From Terriglobia bacterium (GTDB lineage: Bacteria; Acidobacteriota; Terriglobia; Acidiferrales; UBA7541): 64,000 bases of DNA. The stretch is from NCBI GenBank assembly GCA_963695545.1, contig OY968796.1:2432001-2496000 (forward strand), read 5' to 3'. Every line of letters starts with the position of its first letter. Position 1 is the stretch's first letter. Shown here in pieces: positions 37,899 through 48,411 of the stretch. The position numbers and the translations under genes were made by a program. Below the pieces are notes generated by a model, which saw only the letters and a program-made list of their open reading frames with translations, did not search any database and was not told the origin of the DNA.

Positions 37899-38122
37899 CG
37901 CCGAAGCTTCCGCCGGTCATCGCTAAATAACTTGTTCGCGTGGCCGAACGGCTGGGTTTTGTCTTCAGACGACAACGCGGAAGCCACGCAATTTACGTTC
38001 GAGCGAGCGATCAGGCTCGTATCGTGATTCCAATGCATAGCGGAGAATTGAAGCGCAAAACGCTGCGCGCGATCATTCAGGATCTACGAGTCAGCGTCGA
38101 AGAATTCCGCCGGATTCTTTGA
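37895..38122 (+). pseudogene. hicA: HicA-family toxin with premature TAA at codon 12
   Basis: GTG overlapping the hicB stop gives MTPKLPPVIAK*LVRVAERLGFVFRRQRGSHAIY...IPMH; stop at 37928-37930. Confidence 0.8.
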
Positions 38123-38327
38123 CTTTCGATCCGCGCTCCTCAGCAGCCTCTCCGCTGTCAGGCCAAAGTTGCGGTTAGCGAGGTATTACCCCCGGTACCG
38201 GTAGGCTGGGATGACGTGTTTCGACACGGTTCTTACTCCGTTCGCTGTATGGTCTCGGGCGGCGCGTTTCCGTAACTTGGAGTTTGGAAAGCTCGTTTGA
38301 ATTTTTCGAGCGAGGAGGTCCAGACTC

Positions 38328-38519
38328 ATGCCGCTAATTCAAATCGTGGGGATTCTGATCGTGGTGGGTGTGATTCTTTGGCTGATCAACCGATTCATAC
38401 CGATGCAGGGAACGATCAAATCTATTTTGAACGGCGTCGTGGTGATTGTGGTGGTGTTGTGGCTGCTAAATGTGTTTGGGCTTTTCAGTTCCTTCTCTCA
38501 CATTCGCATTGGCGGGTGA
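38328..38519 (+). CDS. Small membrane protein (Thivi_2564-like)
   Basis: GGAGG RBS; LIVVGVILWLINRFIPM...IKSILNGVVVIVVVLWLL. Confidence 0.8.
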   Translation: MPLIQIVGILIVVGVILWLINRFIPMQGTIKSILNGVVVIVVVLWLLNVFGLFSSFSHIRIGG

Positions 38520-38545
38520 ATCGCGCGACCGCGAGCGGCGCTCGA

Positions 38546-39574
38546 TTAGCGCGGGACGGTAACGCGCGTGCGGCTGCGGGCGGCGGCGTAGATGGCTTCG
38601 ACCAGGGCGGTGCTGCGGCGGCCTTCCCGGCCGTCGCAGGCGGGCTTGCGGTGGTCGCGGATGGCGCACAAGAAATCTTCGAGCGCGGCTTTGTGGCCGC
38701 GAATGTCGCTGACCGTGGGCGATGCGGCGCAGGGATTTTGATCGCCGCTTTCGGTGCGGATCAGCGATGGGTCGGGCGTGTGCAGATCGGCGCGCACGAG
38801 CAAATCCTGTTCGATCGCGAGCGTGCCGGCCGAGCCGCTTAGTTCCACTTGGCGCGGATAACCGGGATAGACCGACGTGGTGGCGATCAGGGTGCCGAAC
38901 GCGCCGTTTGCGAATTCGAGGAGCGCGACGAGCGTGTCTTCGGATTCGATTTTGTGCAGCTTCGCGGCCATCTCAGCTTGCACGGCGGTTACGTCGCCCC
39001 ACATCCACAACAGCAAATCCACCGTGTGCACGCCTTGATTCATCAGCGCGCCGCCGCCATCGAGCGCGGTCGTGCCGCGCCATTTTGAGCCGGCGTAATA
39101 TTCCGGCGGCCGCCACCATTTCACGCGGGCTTCGGCGAGGATGGGCTTGCCAAGAATTCCGGCGTCGAGCAGGGATTTCAGGCGGCGCAGATCGGGCTTG
39201 AAGCGGTCCTGAAAGAAAACGCCGAGGCGCACGTCGGCTCGATCGCACGCGGCGATCAGCGCGTCGGCGCGGGCGGTCGAGATATCGATCGGTTTTTCGG
39301 TGAGCACGTGCAGGCCGGCGCGCGCGGCGGCGATGCCTTGTTCGGCATGCTGCCCGGATGGGCTGCCGATGGCGACCATCTCCATCGGGCGATGCGCGAG
39401 GAACGCGGCGAAATCGGTGTAGGGCGTGCCGCCGTGGGCTTTTGCGAGGCGCTCGATTTTTTCGCGATTGCTGCCGTAGATCGCGGCGATTTCAACGCCG
39501 GGAATGGCGACCGCCGCGCGCGCGTGAGTTTCGGAGATGTTGCCGCCGCCGATGATGCCGATATGCGTGGTCAT
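38546..39574 (-). CDS. Gfo/Idh/MocA oxidoreductase
   Basis: IGIIGGGNIS, HVLTEKPI, WRGT..LDGGGALMNQGVH. Confidence 0.9.
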   Translation of the reverse strand: MTTHIGIIGGGNISETHARAAVAIPGVEIAAIYGSNREKIERLAKAHGGTPYTDFAAFLAHRPMEMVAIGSPSGQHAEQGIAAARAGLHVLTEKPIDISTARADALIAACDRADVRLGVFFQDRFKPDLRRLKSLLDAGILGKPILAEARVKWWRPPEYYAGSKWRGTTALDGGGALMNQGVHTVDLLLWMWGDVTAVQAEMAAKLHKIESEDTLVALLEFANGAFGTLIATTSVYPGYPRQVELSGSAGTLAIEQDLLVRADLHTPDPSLIRTESGDQNPCAASPTVSDIRGHKAALEDFLCAIRDHRKPACDGREGRRSTALVEAIYAAARSRTRVTVPR

Positions 39575-39601
39575 AGAAGCGTGATTATAGTCGAGCGGCA
39601 A

Positions 39602-40678
39602 TCAGGGATAATCGGCCAAGAATCCCTGATAAGCCTTTTCGATTTCGGCGGGCGCGGCGGTTTTGGAAAGAATCAGCACGCGGTAGCGGAACGTCACGAC
39701 TTGATGCGGCTGCATGGTGTAGTTCAGCGTTTGCTTGCCGCCGGTGAAATCTTTCACGCCAAATGGATTCGCGGCGAATAGGCCGTAGCCGCGGGCGTGC
39801 CAGTAGGTGGGCGAATTGGGATTTTGCGGATCGTCGAAAATCGCGATGGTCACGGGTTCGGCACCGATCTTGCCGGTGAGGATACACCAGCGGCCGCGCG
39901 TGGCCCAGGCGGCGTCTCCGGATTTGCCTTCGCTCGTGAGGTAATTTCCGGTGACGATGGAATTGTCCATCGGAGGAACTTTGGTGACGTTGCCGTTCGC
40001 GTCGGTGAAGATGCCGGGTTCGGTGGAGGGCATCTCGAGTTCGCGGCGCACGCGCATGCCGAGCAGGCCGTCTTTATTGTCGCCGAACACCACGGTTTTA
40101 TCCTGCGCTTCGAGCGTGGCGATCAAGTCGACGCTGCGGAAATCGGCGCCGCCGCGGAAGACGTATTTCGTGTCTTGCTTGAGCAGCGTGGTGCCATCGG
40201 GAATTACCCAATCCGATTTTGTTTCCAGCACTCCTTTTTCGGGGCCGCTTTTCGTGGCGACAATGGCGCGCTCGTAGATCGTTCCATATTTCGGGCGATC
40301 CTCGGGCTTGATGGCGTCGGAATTGTTCCAGAAATCGTAGCCGTTCACGTTGCTGTAGTTGAACCACAGGCCAACGTGATGCGGATGATCGGCGCGCTCG
40401 CCGGGGCCCGGCGGAAAACCGCGCGTGATGATGGTGCCCTGCGCGGTGCGCAGCGGGAAGAGCACGGGCTTTTTGATCGTGGTGGGATAAATGTAGCTGG
40501 TGAAGGGCTGGCCATCGATCAGGATGTCCACGCGCTGATTTGCGTCGTCGCGCACGACTTGGACGCCAGTGGCGTCGTCAGGCGCGGCCGGCGCGCGCGC
40601 GCCGGCGAAGAGAGCCGCAGCGAGAAAAATGGGCATGGTGAATTTCACCGCACGAGAAATTATCTTTGATCTGCTCAC
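39602..40678 (-). CDS. PmoA-like / DUF6807 family secreted protein
   Basis: KPVLFPL, DHPHHVGLWF, YWHARGYGLFAANPFG; signal peptide. Confidence 0.82.
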   Translation of the reverse strand: MSRSKIISRAVKFTMPIFLAAALFAGARAPAAPDDATGVQVVRDDANQRVDILIDGQPFTSYIYPTTIKKPVLFPLRTAQGTIITRGFPPGPGERADHPHHVGLWFNYSNVNGYDFWNNSDAIKPEDRPKYGTIYERAIVATKSGPEKGVLETKSDWVIPDGTTLLKQDTKYVFRGGADFRSVDLIATLEAQDKTVVFGDNKDGLLGMRVRRELEMPSTEPGIFTDANGNVTKVPPMDNSIVTGNYLTSEGKSGDAAWATRGRWCILTGKIGAEPVTIAIFDDPQNPNSPTYWHARGYGLFAANPFGVKDFTGGKQTLNYTMQPHQVVTFRYRVLILSKTAAPAEIEKAYQGFLADYP

Positions 40679-40681
40679 GCG

Positions 40682-42037
40682 TCAGGCTCCCACGACGACT
40701 TCTTGCTTGGCGTCGTCGAACGTGACGCGCTTGCCGGTTTGGATCGCGGCGACGTTCATGCACAGCGCGATGGAGTGACTGTAGCCCGCGTCAATGCTGG
40801 CGTTGGGCGTCTTGCGGCTGCGCACGCACTCCATCCAGTTGCGCACGTTGGCGAGAGTCATCTTGTCGTCGCCGGTGTCGGCTGCGGTGGAAGCGCCTTG
40901 CGCGGGGTCGTCGGTGAGGCTGACGGTGGGCAATAGATTCGCTTGCATGTTCATTTCGGCGGCGGATCTCGCGGTCAGGCCACCGTCGGACGTGATCTTG
41001 TTGGTTACCAAATCGAGCGTGCCGCCGTTCGAGCGGTAAATTTCCTTCACGTCGCCGGCGGAATTGGTCATGCGCGAAGAATAGATCACCTGGAAACCTT
41101 TGGTCGGGTCGTCGAGCGGGCCGTAATCGAACACGGCGGTCATGGTGTCCCAATTCTTGCGGCCGTCTTTCCACACGTAGATGCCGCCATTGGCGACGAC
41201 GCTGCGGGGATGCGGAAAGCCGCTGAACCAATGCACGGTATCGATCTGGTGCACGAGCCATTGATCGGGAATGCCCGAAGAATACGGCCAGAACAAACGG
41301 AACTCGAGATATTTGCGCGCGTCGAACGGCGGCAATGTTTCCGGATGAAGCGGGGCCTGATAGCGCGCCCAGTCGGTGTCCTCTTCCTTCAGCAGCGGCA
41401 CAACGGAGGGGCGGCGCCAGCGGCCGGGCTGATTTACGTTCCAGGTCATCTCGACGCAAACGATGTCGCCGAATTGGCCGGACTGAATGAAATCGTGCGC
41501 TTTTTGGTACACGGGCGAACTACGGCGCTGCGTGCCGACGGCCACGATGCGGTCACTCGACTTCACGGCGCTATGGAACATCTTGGCGGCTTCCATGGTG
41601 TGCGCCGTTGGCTTTTCGACGTAAGCGTCGCGCCCGGCGTGCACGGCTTCGGTGCCGTGATAGGCGTGCTGAAAATCGGCGGTGGCCGCGAACACTGCGT
41701 CCACTTCTTTGTGCGCATAAAGCTCTTCGTTATTGCGCGCGGCAAAAATTTGCTTGCCGGTGAGTTTCAGCACGCCGGCCTGGGCTTGATCGCGGCGCAT
41801 GCTCCAGATATCGGAGACGCCGACGAACTCGAAATTCAACTCGTCGGAACTTTCATGGAACGCGGGCATCAGGCTGCTGCGGAAGCGGTCGGAATAGCCG
41901 ACGATGCCGACGCCGACGCGGTCGTTCGCACCGATGATGCGAGCGTAACTCGACGCGCGCGTGGCGAGCGCCGTGCCGGCGAGGCCCGCGCCCGCGATTT
42001 TAAGAAAATCTCTGCGAGAACTCGTGTTTATAGTCAT
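40682..42037 (-). CDS. Tat-exported Gfo/Idh/MocA oxidoreductase
   Basis: SRRDFLK Tat motif, IIGANDRV, YVEKP, VGTQRRS. Confidence 0.9.
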   Translation of the reverse strand: MTINTSSRRDFLKIAGAGLAGTALATRASSYARIIGANDRVGVGIVGYSDRFRSSLMPAFHESSDELNFEFVGVSDIWSMRRDQAQAGVLKLTGKQIFAARNNEELYAHKEVDAVFAATADFQHAYHGTEAVHAGRDAYVEKPTAHTMEAAKMFHSAVKSSDRIVAVGTQRRSSPVYQKAHDFIQSGQFGDIVCVEMTWNVNQPGRWRRPSVVPLLKEEDTDWARYQAPLHPETLPPFDARKYLEFRLFWPYSSGIPDQWLVHQIDTVHWFSGFPHPRSVVANGGIYVWKDGRKNWDTMTAVFDYGPLDDPTKGFQVIYSSRMTNSAGDVKEIYRSNGGTLDLVTNKITSDGGLTARSAAEMNMQANLLPTVSLTDDPAQGASTAADTGDDKMTLANVRNWMECVRSRKTPNASIDAGYSHSIALCMNVAAIQTGKRVTFDDAKQEVVVGA

Positions 42038-42079
42038 GAGATCCTTCCTCGAATTAAATTCGCAGTTCTGGATCCGATT

Positions 42080-43861
42080 TCACAATTTCCCGAAACCTGT
42101 TGGGTCGGCGGGCAAAAGAGTTTTCTCTTTCACTTCGTCCAATTCCGTGTCTGGAACGCGCTTATTCTGGAACGCGCGAAAATCCGTGACGTTCTCGAGT
42201 GAAAACAGCGGGACGTTCGACGGGCCGCGCACATTGAAGAACTGCGCGCCATCAACTTCTGCCAGACCGAACGTCGGCCGCACATCCGCGGCCAGCGCGC
42301 GAATTTCCACATCGCGAAATTCGACATTCTTTGCGTGGCGAATGTAGAAACCGTTCGCGGGCATGCGCTGAAAACGGCCGGGCTCGGGATAGACGGTTTC
42401 ATCCTCGGCCGGCACAAAGGCCGCATCGTCCGCCGTGCCGCCGCCCTGATGCTGGATAAAGACGTCGCTGATTTTCACGTCTTCGATGAGGTGATCGGGA
42501 ATGCCCAGAATCATCGAGCAGAGTTTCGACGCCGAATTCGACACCACCACGTTGCTGATGTTCACGCGCCGCAGCACGCCGATAGCGGCGCCGGCCGGAC
42601 CGCGCATGCGCCGGCCGAGCCGGATGAAAATCGGCGCGCTCGAAACGTCGCGCATGGTGATGTTCGTGATGCTGAGATCTTCAAGCATCGCGCCGTCGAC
42701 GCTTTCAAGCGCGAGGCCCTGGCAATTGTCGAAGACGCAGTTCGAGATCGTGATGTTGCGGAAGCCGCCGTTCGATTCCGTGCCGCACTTGATGCGGCCG
42801 GTCTTGAACGTACGCTGGCCCGGAGGAAAGGGCTGCCAAGTTGCGTCCAGCATCGTGCCGAGTTGATAGCCGGCGCAGACGAAGCAATTCGCGATGGTGA
42901 GGTCGTCGCACGAGATCGCTTCGCCCAGCGCGTAGGAACTTTTCAGCACGATCGCGTCGTCCCACGGAGAATTCACGCTGCAATTCGAGATGTGCACGTC
43001 GCGGCAGCAATCGATGTCCATGCCATCGCGATTGGTGTCGATGCGCAGATTGTCGATGGTCAAATTGTCGACGCCGGTGGCCAGGATTCCGAAATGTCCG
43101 CCCTGCAGAATCGAAAAATCGCGCAGCGTGATATTTCGGCAGAGCTTGAGAGCGATGGATTTGTTGCCGATGCCCGGCGATTCGGCTTTGGGTTCGGGTC
43201 CATAACCTTTGCTCAAAGCTTTGCCCCAAATCCGGCCGGGGCCTACGATCGAAGCGTTTTCGATGTTTTCGCCCCAGATCAGGCTGTTGTGAAAATGATT
43301 GTGGCCGTAATCCTGAAAGGCTTCCCACTGCGTGTTGGGCTCGGCGGCATCGTATCCGCCGACGCCGTTCGCGGGAGTTTCCGCGGAGAGAATCGTCGCG
43401 CCGGGGCCGATGTAAAGCTGCACGTTGCTTTTGAGGTGAATTGAGAACGAAGCGTACGTTCCCGCCGGGAAGCGCACGGTACCGCCGCCCGCTGCGACTG
43501 CGGCATCGATCGCGGCGTTGATGGCTTGCGTGTCGAGCGTCTTGCCGTCGCCGGTCGCGCCGAAGGCTTTCACGTCGAAGACGCCCGCGGCGCCGGCGGT
43601 CGGGGCGGCAGGGTTCGTGCGCGCGGGCTCGGCGGAGGGTTGGGGCGCAGCGGCGGCGAGCGCCGGCTGCGCGAGCACTTCTTGCGCGGCGAGCGCGCCC
43701 AAGATTCCGCCGCCGACGGCCTTCATCAGGCCGCGGCGATTCACGCTGCCCGGCGAAGAAGGCTCGGCCGTTGGTTCCGCGGTTGCCGCGGTTGCTTCTT
43801 CCTGCGAATTGCGTGCGCTTGTCCGAGAGTCAGATTCGAGCGACATCAAATATCTCCCCAT
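42080..43861 (-). CDS. Tat-exported GH28 (polygalacturonase/rhamnogalacturonase-like)
   Basis: NRRGLMK; FGATGDGKTLDT, NRDGMDID, WDDAIVLKS, RIKCGTES. Confidence 0.87.
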   Translation of the reverse strand: MGRYLMSLESDSRTSARNSQEEATAATAEPTAEPSSPGSVNRRGLMKAVGGGILGALAAQEVLAQPALAAAAPQPSAEPARTNPAAPTAGAAGVFDVKAFGATGDGKTLDTQAINAAIDAAVAAGGGTVRFPAGTYASFSIHLKSNVQLYIGPGATILSAETPANGVGGYDAAEPNTQWEAFQDYGHNHFHNSLIWGENIENASIVGPGRIWGKALSKGYGPEPKAESPGIGNKSIALKLCRNITLRDFSILQGGHFGILATGVDNLTIDNLRIDTNRDGMDIDCCRDVHISNCSVNSPWDDAIVLKSSYALGEAISCDDLTIANCFVCAGYQLGTMLDATWQPFPPGQRTFKTGRIKCGTESNGGFRNITISNCVFDNCQGLALESVDGAMLEDLSITNITMRDVSSAPIFIRLGRRMRGPAGAAIGVLRRVNISNVVVSNSASKLCSMILGIPDHLIEDVKISDVFIQHQGGGTADDAAFVPAEDETVYPEPGRFQRMPANGFYIRHAKNVEFRDVEIRALAADVRPTFGLAEVDGAQFFNVRGPSNVPLFSLENVTDFRAFQNKRVPDTELDEVKEKTLLPADPTGFGKL

Positions 43862-43888
43862 GCGTGGATTGGACCCGTGGAGTTGGAC

Positions 43889-44770
43889 TTACGAGAGCGC
43901 TCCGGCGTTACGCAAATCATCTTTCATGACTGCCCAACACATGCGCGTGGATTGCTCGGGTGTGCCGCCGCCGTGCCAATGCGTTTCGAGGGTGGTGGCA
44001 TAGTGATAGCCCATTTGCATCAGCGCGCGGAATTGGCCGACCCAATCGACCAAGCCTGTCCCCATCAGCGCCCACTCGAAGCCGCTGCCATCGGCTTTCT
44101 TTTTGCAATCTTTTACGTGGCAGTGGCCGATGCGCTCGTGCGGCAGAAGCTGCCAACCGCCGGGGAAAGGAATTTCGCCGTCCATCACGGCGTTGCCGGG
44201 ATCCCAATTCAGCATGAGCGTGGGCGTGGTGACGGCCGCAAGCGTTCTGGCGGCTTCGGCTCCGGTGGCCGTGTTGCACGAGGGCTCGTTTTCGAGGAGG
44301 AAGATCATGTTCTGCTTGCCGATTTTTTCGGCTGTGTCGCGCAACTTCACGTCCATCGCGGCACGATAGGGCGCGGGATCCGCGAGGCGCCAGAAATCGA
44401 AACCGCGCACGCGGTCGGTGTTGAACACGCGCGCGAGCTCGATCGAGCGCTCGAGAACTTCGTCCTGCTGATCGAAGGTGTAATCGGAATTGTAGGTAGG
44501 ATTCTTCGGGCTGAACTCCGATTTCGGAGCGCCGGGCCAATCGACTTTGAACAGCGGACTGGCGATGTTCGTCACGCGCAGATTGAAACTTTCGAGCGTT
44601 TTGCGCGCCTCGGCGATTTCGTTGGCGTCGAGCGCCAGAATATTTTTGTTCCACATGGTGCGGAGCTCGATCCAATCGAGACCGAACTCTGTGGAAACCA
44701 CTTCGCAGGCGTGGCCGAAGTCCTGGGTGATTTCGTCGGAGATCACCGAAACGCGGAAGGGCGAATTCAA
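43889..44770 (-). CDS. Sugar phosphate isomerase/epimerase TIM barrel
   Basis: ISDEI, LENE, WDPGNA, HCHVKD, LETH. Confidence 0.87.
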   Translation of the reverse strand: MNSPFRVSVISDEITQDFGHACEVVSTEFGLDWIELRTMWNKNILALDANEIAEARKTLESFNLRVTNIASPLFKVDWPGAPKSEFSPKNPTYNSDYTFDQQDEVLERSIELARVFNTDRVRGFDFWRLADPAPYRAAMDVKLRDTAEKIGKQNMIFLLENEPSCNTATGAEAARTLAAVTTPTLMLNWDPGNAVMDGEIPFPGGWQLLPHERIGHCHVKDCKKKADGSGFEWALMGTGLVDWVGQFRALMQMGYHYATTLETHWHGGGTPEQSTRMCWAVMKDDLRNAGALS

Positions 44771-45735
44771 ATCGTGTACCCCAACTTTTGTTCGACGTAA
44801 GTTTTGCTGATCTCGGCCGATTGCTTTGGCGTGCGCGAAGGATCGGTGGGGCCATCGAGTTCGATCACCGCCCAGCCGCGGAACTGAATTTCCTGAAGCG
44901 CGGCGAACACGGCGGGAATGTCCACCGTTCCCTGGCCGAGCTCGACGAAGCGGTAGGGCCGGTTATCGCTCTCCTTCGAGGGAGTCACGGTCACGGCGTC
45001 CTTGATGTGCAGGAAAAGAAGTCGGTCGTGATATTCCTCGACGGCCTTCGCGGGATCGCCGCCGGCCGCCCAATAATGCGCGATGTCGAGTTCGAGCTTT
45101 GCGTAGCGCGGATCCACGGCGTCGAAAATTTTGTCCACTTCGCCGGCGCTCTGCCCGAGCGAATACATGTGATTGTGAAATCCCAGCTGAACTCCGATGT
45201 CGGCGGTGCGCTTGCCGAGATCGGTGAGCATGTGGCCCATGTTCTTGTAATCGTCGTCGACGACCACGCGATTTTTCGGGCGCGCGCCGATCACTTGCAG
45301 ATAACTGCCGCCGGCGTCGCGCAGGAACTTCGCGTGGTCGGTGTGCAGCATCAGTTGGGCGTCCTCGGACGAATCCACGTCCAGTTCGCCGCTCGAAAAC
45401 GCCACGAGTTTCAATTGATGCTGATCGAGCAGATCGCGAAGGGCCTGCGCGCTGCTGTTGAACTCCTCGATCGCGTTCGTGCGCACTTGAATCCCGGGAA
45501 AGCCCAACGCGGCGATGTCGTCGATGGCCTGACGATCGTTACCGTTCCAGGTGATCGCGGCGTATCCCCAGCGAATCTCCGCGGGCGCCGGCGTCACCGG
45601 CGTTCTGAAGTACGACAAATCCACCGGCGGATAGAGCGGCGCGATGGCTCGAAGCGCAGGCGCTCCGAGAAGCGAGCCGGCGAAGGTGGCGCCTAGCGCG
45701 GCGATGAAGTCGCGGCGAGAAACGGGAAGCGGCAT
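44767..45735 (-). CDS. Tat-exported TIM-barrel isomerase/dehydratase (IolE-like)
   Basis: SRRDFI Tat motif; FHNH, LDIAH, LHIKD, FVELGQG, VIELD. Confidence 0.87.
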   Translation of the reverse strand: MPLPVSRRDFIAALGATFAGSLLGAPALRAIAPLYPPVDLSYFRTPVTPAPAEIRWGYAAITWNGNDRQAIDDIAALGFPGIQVRTNAIEEFNSSAQALRDLLDQHQLKLVAFSSGELDVDSSEDAQLMLHTDHAKFLRDAGGSYLQVIGARPKNRVVVDDDYKNMGHMLTDLGKRTADIGVQLGFHNHMYSLGQSAGEVDKIFDAVDPRYAKLELDIAHYWAAGGDPAKAVEEYHDRLLFLHIKDAVTVTPSKESDNRPYRFVELGQGTVDIPAVFAALQEIQFRGWAVIELDGPTDPSRTPKQSAEISKTYVEQKLGYTI

Positions 45736-46207
45736 GGATTGTCTCCTGTGATGATGAGGCGATGAGCGTCAGTCTGTTGAGGGAATCTTGGTGCGCACGC
45801 GGCGATTTTGGAAGTCGAGGTCAATGTGGCCGGCTCTGACGGGGAGCTGGACTCCGCTGGCGAAACGCATTCTATCAAATCTCGCCGACGAAGGCCTCGT
45901 GTTTTTCGGCGTTTCGTGGGATTTTGAATCCGCGCGCGAGTTTCAGAAGGGAACCAGGAATAAAATGAGGCTCCGAACGCGCGCACGAGAACCTGTCGAT
46001 GCCGTCAAACCTCCGCGCAACGATTAAGGGCCGGAGCGCATCGGAGAACGAAGGCGCTGCGGCGTGCCGAGCGGTGTCCCCCGGAGGGAATTCAATCCGC
46101 GCCAGAACGGCTGTATAATTTTGCGCCCCGGTCGGGGATCTTCGCAGCGGGGATTCGGGACGGACGGATCCACCGAGGACGTCTGCTTGTACTCTTGGGA
46201 GGATGGA

Positions 46208-46822
46208 ATGCGGCGTTTGGTAATCTTGGTCGGAATATTTTTCGCAATTGCGCTGCCAGCGGCGGCTCAGAAACTGCCGAAATTTGAGGTTTACGGCGGG
46301 TACGAGTTCGAGCACTTCACCACCAGCGATAACAGCTCGGGCACCTTGAACGGCTGGAGCATTCAGCCGGCATACTATCCGTTCAAATTCCTCGGCGCCG
46401 TCCTCGATCTCGGCGACGAAGAGTCCCCCGGCTACGACCAGAACAATGGAACCAAGGTGGACGCAAGCACGCACTCCTATCATGCCTACATCGGCCCGCG
46501 GTTCCGGCTCAAACTTGGCCGCTGGACGCCCTTCGCTGACGTGCTCTTCGGCGGCGTCTATCGAACCGAGGAGACGAACACGGTTGCATATTTCGACTCA
46601 GTCACGGGTGATCCTGTTCCGACCGGCACCGAACTCTCCGCAGCGCAGTTTAACTTTGCGGTCCATGCCGACGGCGGAATCGACTTCAAACTGACTCATC
46701 ATATCGCCTGGCGTCTGGAGGGCGGCTTCGTGCATACCAACTACACCATCACCAACGCGGCGATCGCCGACCCGAAGCAGGACAACATTACCGCCAGCAC
46801 CGGAATCGTGATCCGCTTCTAG
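46208..46822 (+). CDS. Outer-membrane beta-barrel protein
   Basis: Signal peptide, EVYGGY, GPRF, C-terminal TGIVIRF; TGTATAAT -10 near 46113. Confidence 0.82.
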   Translation: MRRLVILVGIFFAIALPAAAQKLPKFEVYGGYEFEHFTTSDNSSGTLNGWSIQPAYYPFKFLGAVLDLGDEESPGYDQNNGTKVDASTHSYHAYIGPRFRLKLGRWTPFADVLFGGVYRTEETNTVAYFDSVTGDPVPTGTELSAAQFNFAVHADGGIDFKLTHHIAWRLEGGFVHTNYTITNAAIADPKQDNITASTGIVIRF

Positions 46823-47183
46823 ACGTTCCGCGTCGAGCGGGCCGAATCAATACGAATTCGCACCGAAAAGTACGATTCGAATCAACTTAGCTCGGCCGGG
46901 GGGCGCACTCCTCGGCCGAGAATTTTTTCGGGCCGGCGCTTTTCGTGCGCGCGTGAGCCGGACTGGGCGCAGTCGGAAGAATCCCGCGGCAATTCCATAT
47001 CCGAAACTGGCGCTGCTGGCTGGCCACCGGTTATATGGACACCGCCGTAAGGCGGTGCTAGCATCCGCAGCGTCCGCGGAATGGCAGGATGCAATACTGG
47101 GGGCGCCCGGACCGCACGAGGTACGTCGCAGGAGAGGTCGGAGATTTATCGCAAGCCAGATTTACCCATAGGGAGCCACCGCC

Positions 47184-48380
47184 ATGACGCTGACTACTAG
47201 GAGAGCCGATGCCGTGGCGAAGGCGCTTGAATCGTTTCAGATCGAGCTGCCTTCGTGGGGTTTCGCTAACACCGGGACCCGATTCGGAAAATTCACGCAA
47301 GCTGCCGCCGCTTCAACCATAGAAGAAAAATTCAGTGATGCCGGGCAAGTTCACAGCCTGACCGGAGTGTGTCCGACCGTCGCGCTGCACGTCCTGTGGG
47401 ATTTGCCGGAGGGCATCGCGAGCGTCGGGAATGTGAACGACCTCGCGAAGCGCTACGGCGTGCGCCCCGGCTCGATCAATCCCAACGTTTTTCAGGATCA
47501 GATATATAAGCACGGCTCGCTCGGCAATCCCGATCCCGCCGTGCGCGCCGCGGCTGAGAAGCATCTGCTCGATAGCGCGGACATCGCCACGAAGCTCGGC
47601 TCGCGCGACGTTTCGCTGTGGTTCGGCGACGGCTCGAATTATCCCGGCACGGCCAATATCCGCGCGCGCCGCAAATGGTTTGAGGAAGGCCTGCGGAAGT
47701 TGCACGATCGCCTTTCCGGCAATCAGCGCATGCTCGTCGAATACAAACCGTTTGAGCCGGCGTTTTATCACACCGACATCGGCGATTGGGGCATGGCGCT
47801 GTTGCTCTCAAAAGCCGCAGGTCCGCGCGCCAAGGTGCTCGTCGACACCGGGCACCACTACCAGGCGCAGAATATCGAGCAAATCGTGACCTGGCTATTG
47901 GCCGACGGCATGCTCGCCGGCTTTCATTTCAACGATCGCCGATACGCCGACGACGACCTCACGCTCGGCTCGATCGATCCTTACCAGATTTTCCGCATCT
48001 TCCACGAAATTAGTTTCTTCGAGTGGGAGACCAAGCAGCGCGCCGACATCGCCTACATGATCGATCAAAGCCACAATCTCAAAGGCAAGATGGAAGCGAT
48101 GATTCAAACCGTCATGACGGCGCAGGAACTTTTCGCCAAAGCCGCCATCGTCGATCACGAGCGCCTGGCCGCCGCGCAGTCGAAAGCCGAACTCGTGGAC
48201 GCGGAAAATTGCCTCAAGGACGCGTTTTCAACCGACGTGCGCCCGGCCATCCGCGATTGGGCCCGCTCGCGCGGCTTGCCCGAAGATCCGCTGAAGGCGT
48301 TCCGCGAAAGTGGCTACCTCGAGCGCATCACCGCCGAGCGCGCCAAGAAAAACGCGGCGGCTGTTTCGAGCTACGCGTAG
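47184..48380 (+). CDS. rhaI: L-rhamnose isomerase (RhaI type)
   Basis: IELPSWGFANTGTRF, EYKPFEPAFYHTD, DTGHH, FHFNDRRYADDDL, MIDQSHN. Confidence 0.92.
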   Translation: MTLTTRRADAVAKALESFQIELPSWGFANTGTRFGKFTQAAAASTIEEKFSDAGQVHSLTGVCPTVALHVLWDLPEGIASVGNVNDLAKRYGVRPGSINPNVFQDQIYKHGSLGNPDPAVRAAAEKHLLDSADIATKLGSRDVSLWFGDGSNYPGTANIRARRKWFEEGLRKLHDRLSGNQRMLVEYKPFEPAFYHTDIGDWGMALLLSKAAGPRAKVLVDTGHHYQAQNIEQIVTWLLADGMLAGFHFNDRRYADDDLTLGSIDPYQIFRIFHEISFFEWETKQRADIAYMIDQSHNLKGKMEAMIQTVMTAQELFAKAAIVDHERLAAAQSKAELVDAENCLKDAFSTDVRPAIRDWARSRGLPEDPLKAFRESGYLERITAERAKKNAAAVSSYA

Positions 48381-48411
48381 GTTTCGCGCCGCGGTAAGTT
48401 TGGCGCCGATT

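Noticed and set aside
39602..40678. Methane monooxygenase
   Set aside because: The PmoA-like family name is misleading; this is a soluble secreted protein in a sugar operon, with no pmoB or pmoC.
46991..47040. Imperfect inverted repeat CCATAT...ATATGG upstream of rhaI as a rhamnose operator
   Set aside because: No second copy was found at the rhaM/rhaB divergent promoter and no regulator is in the window.
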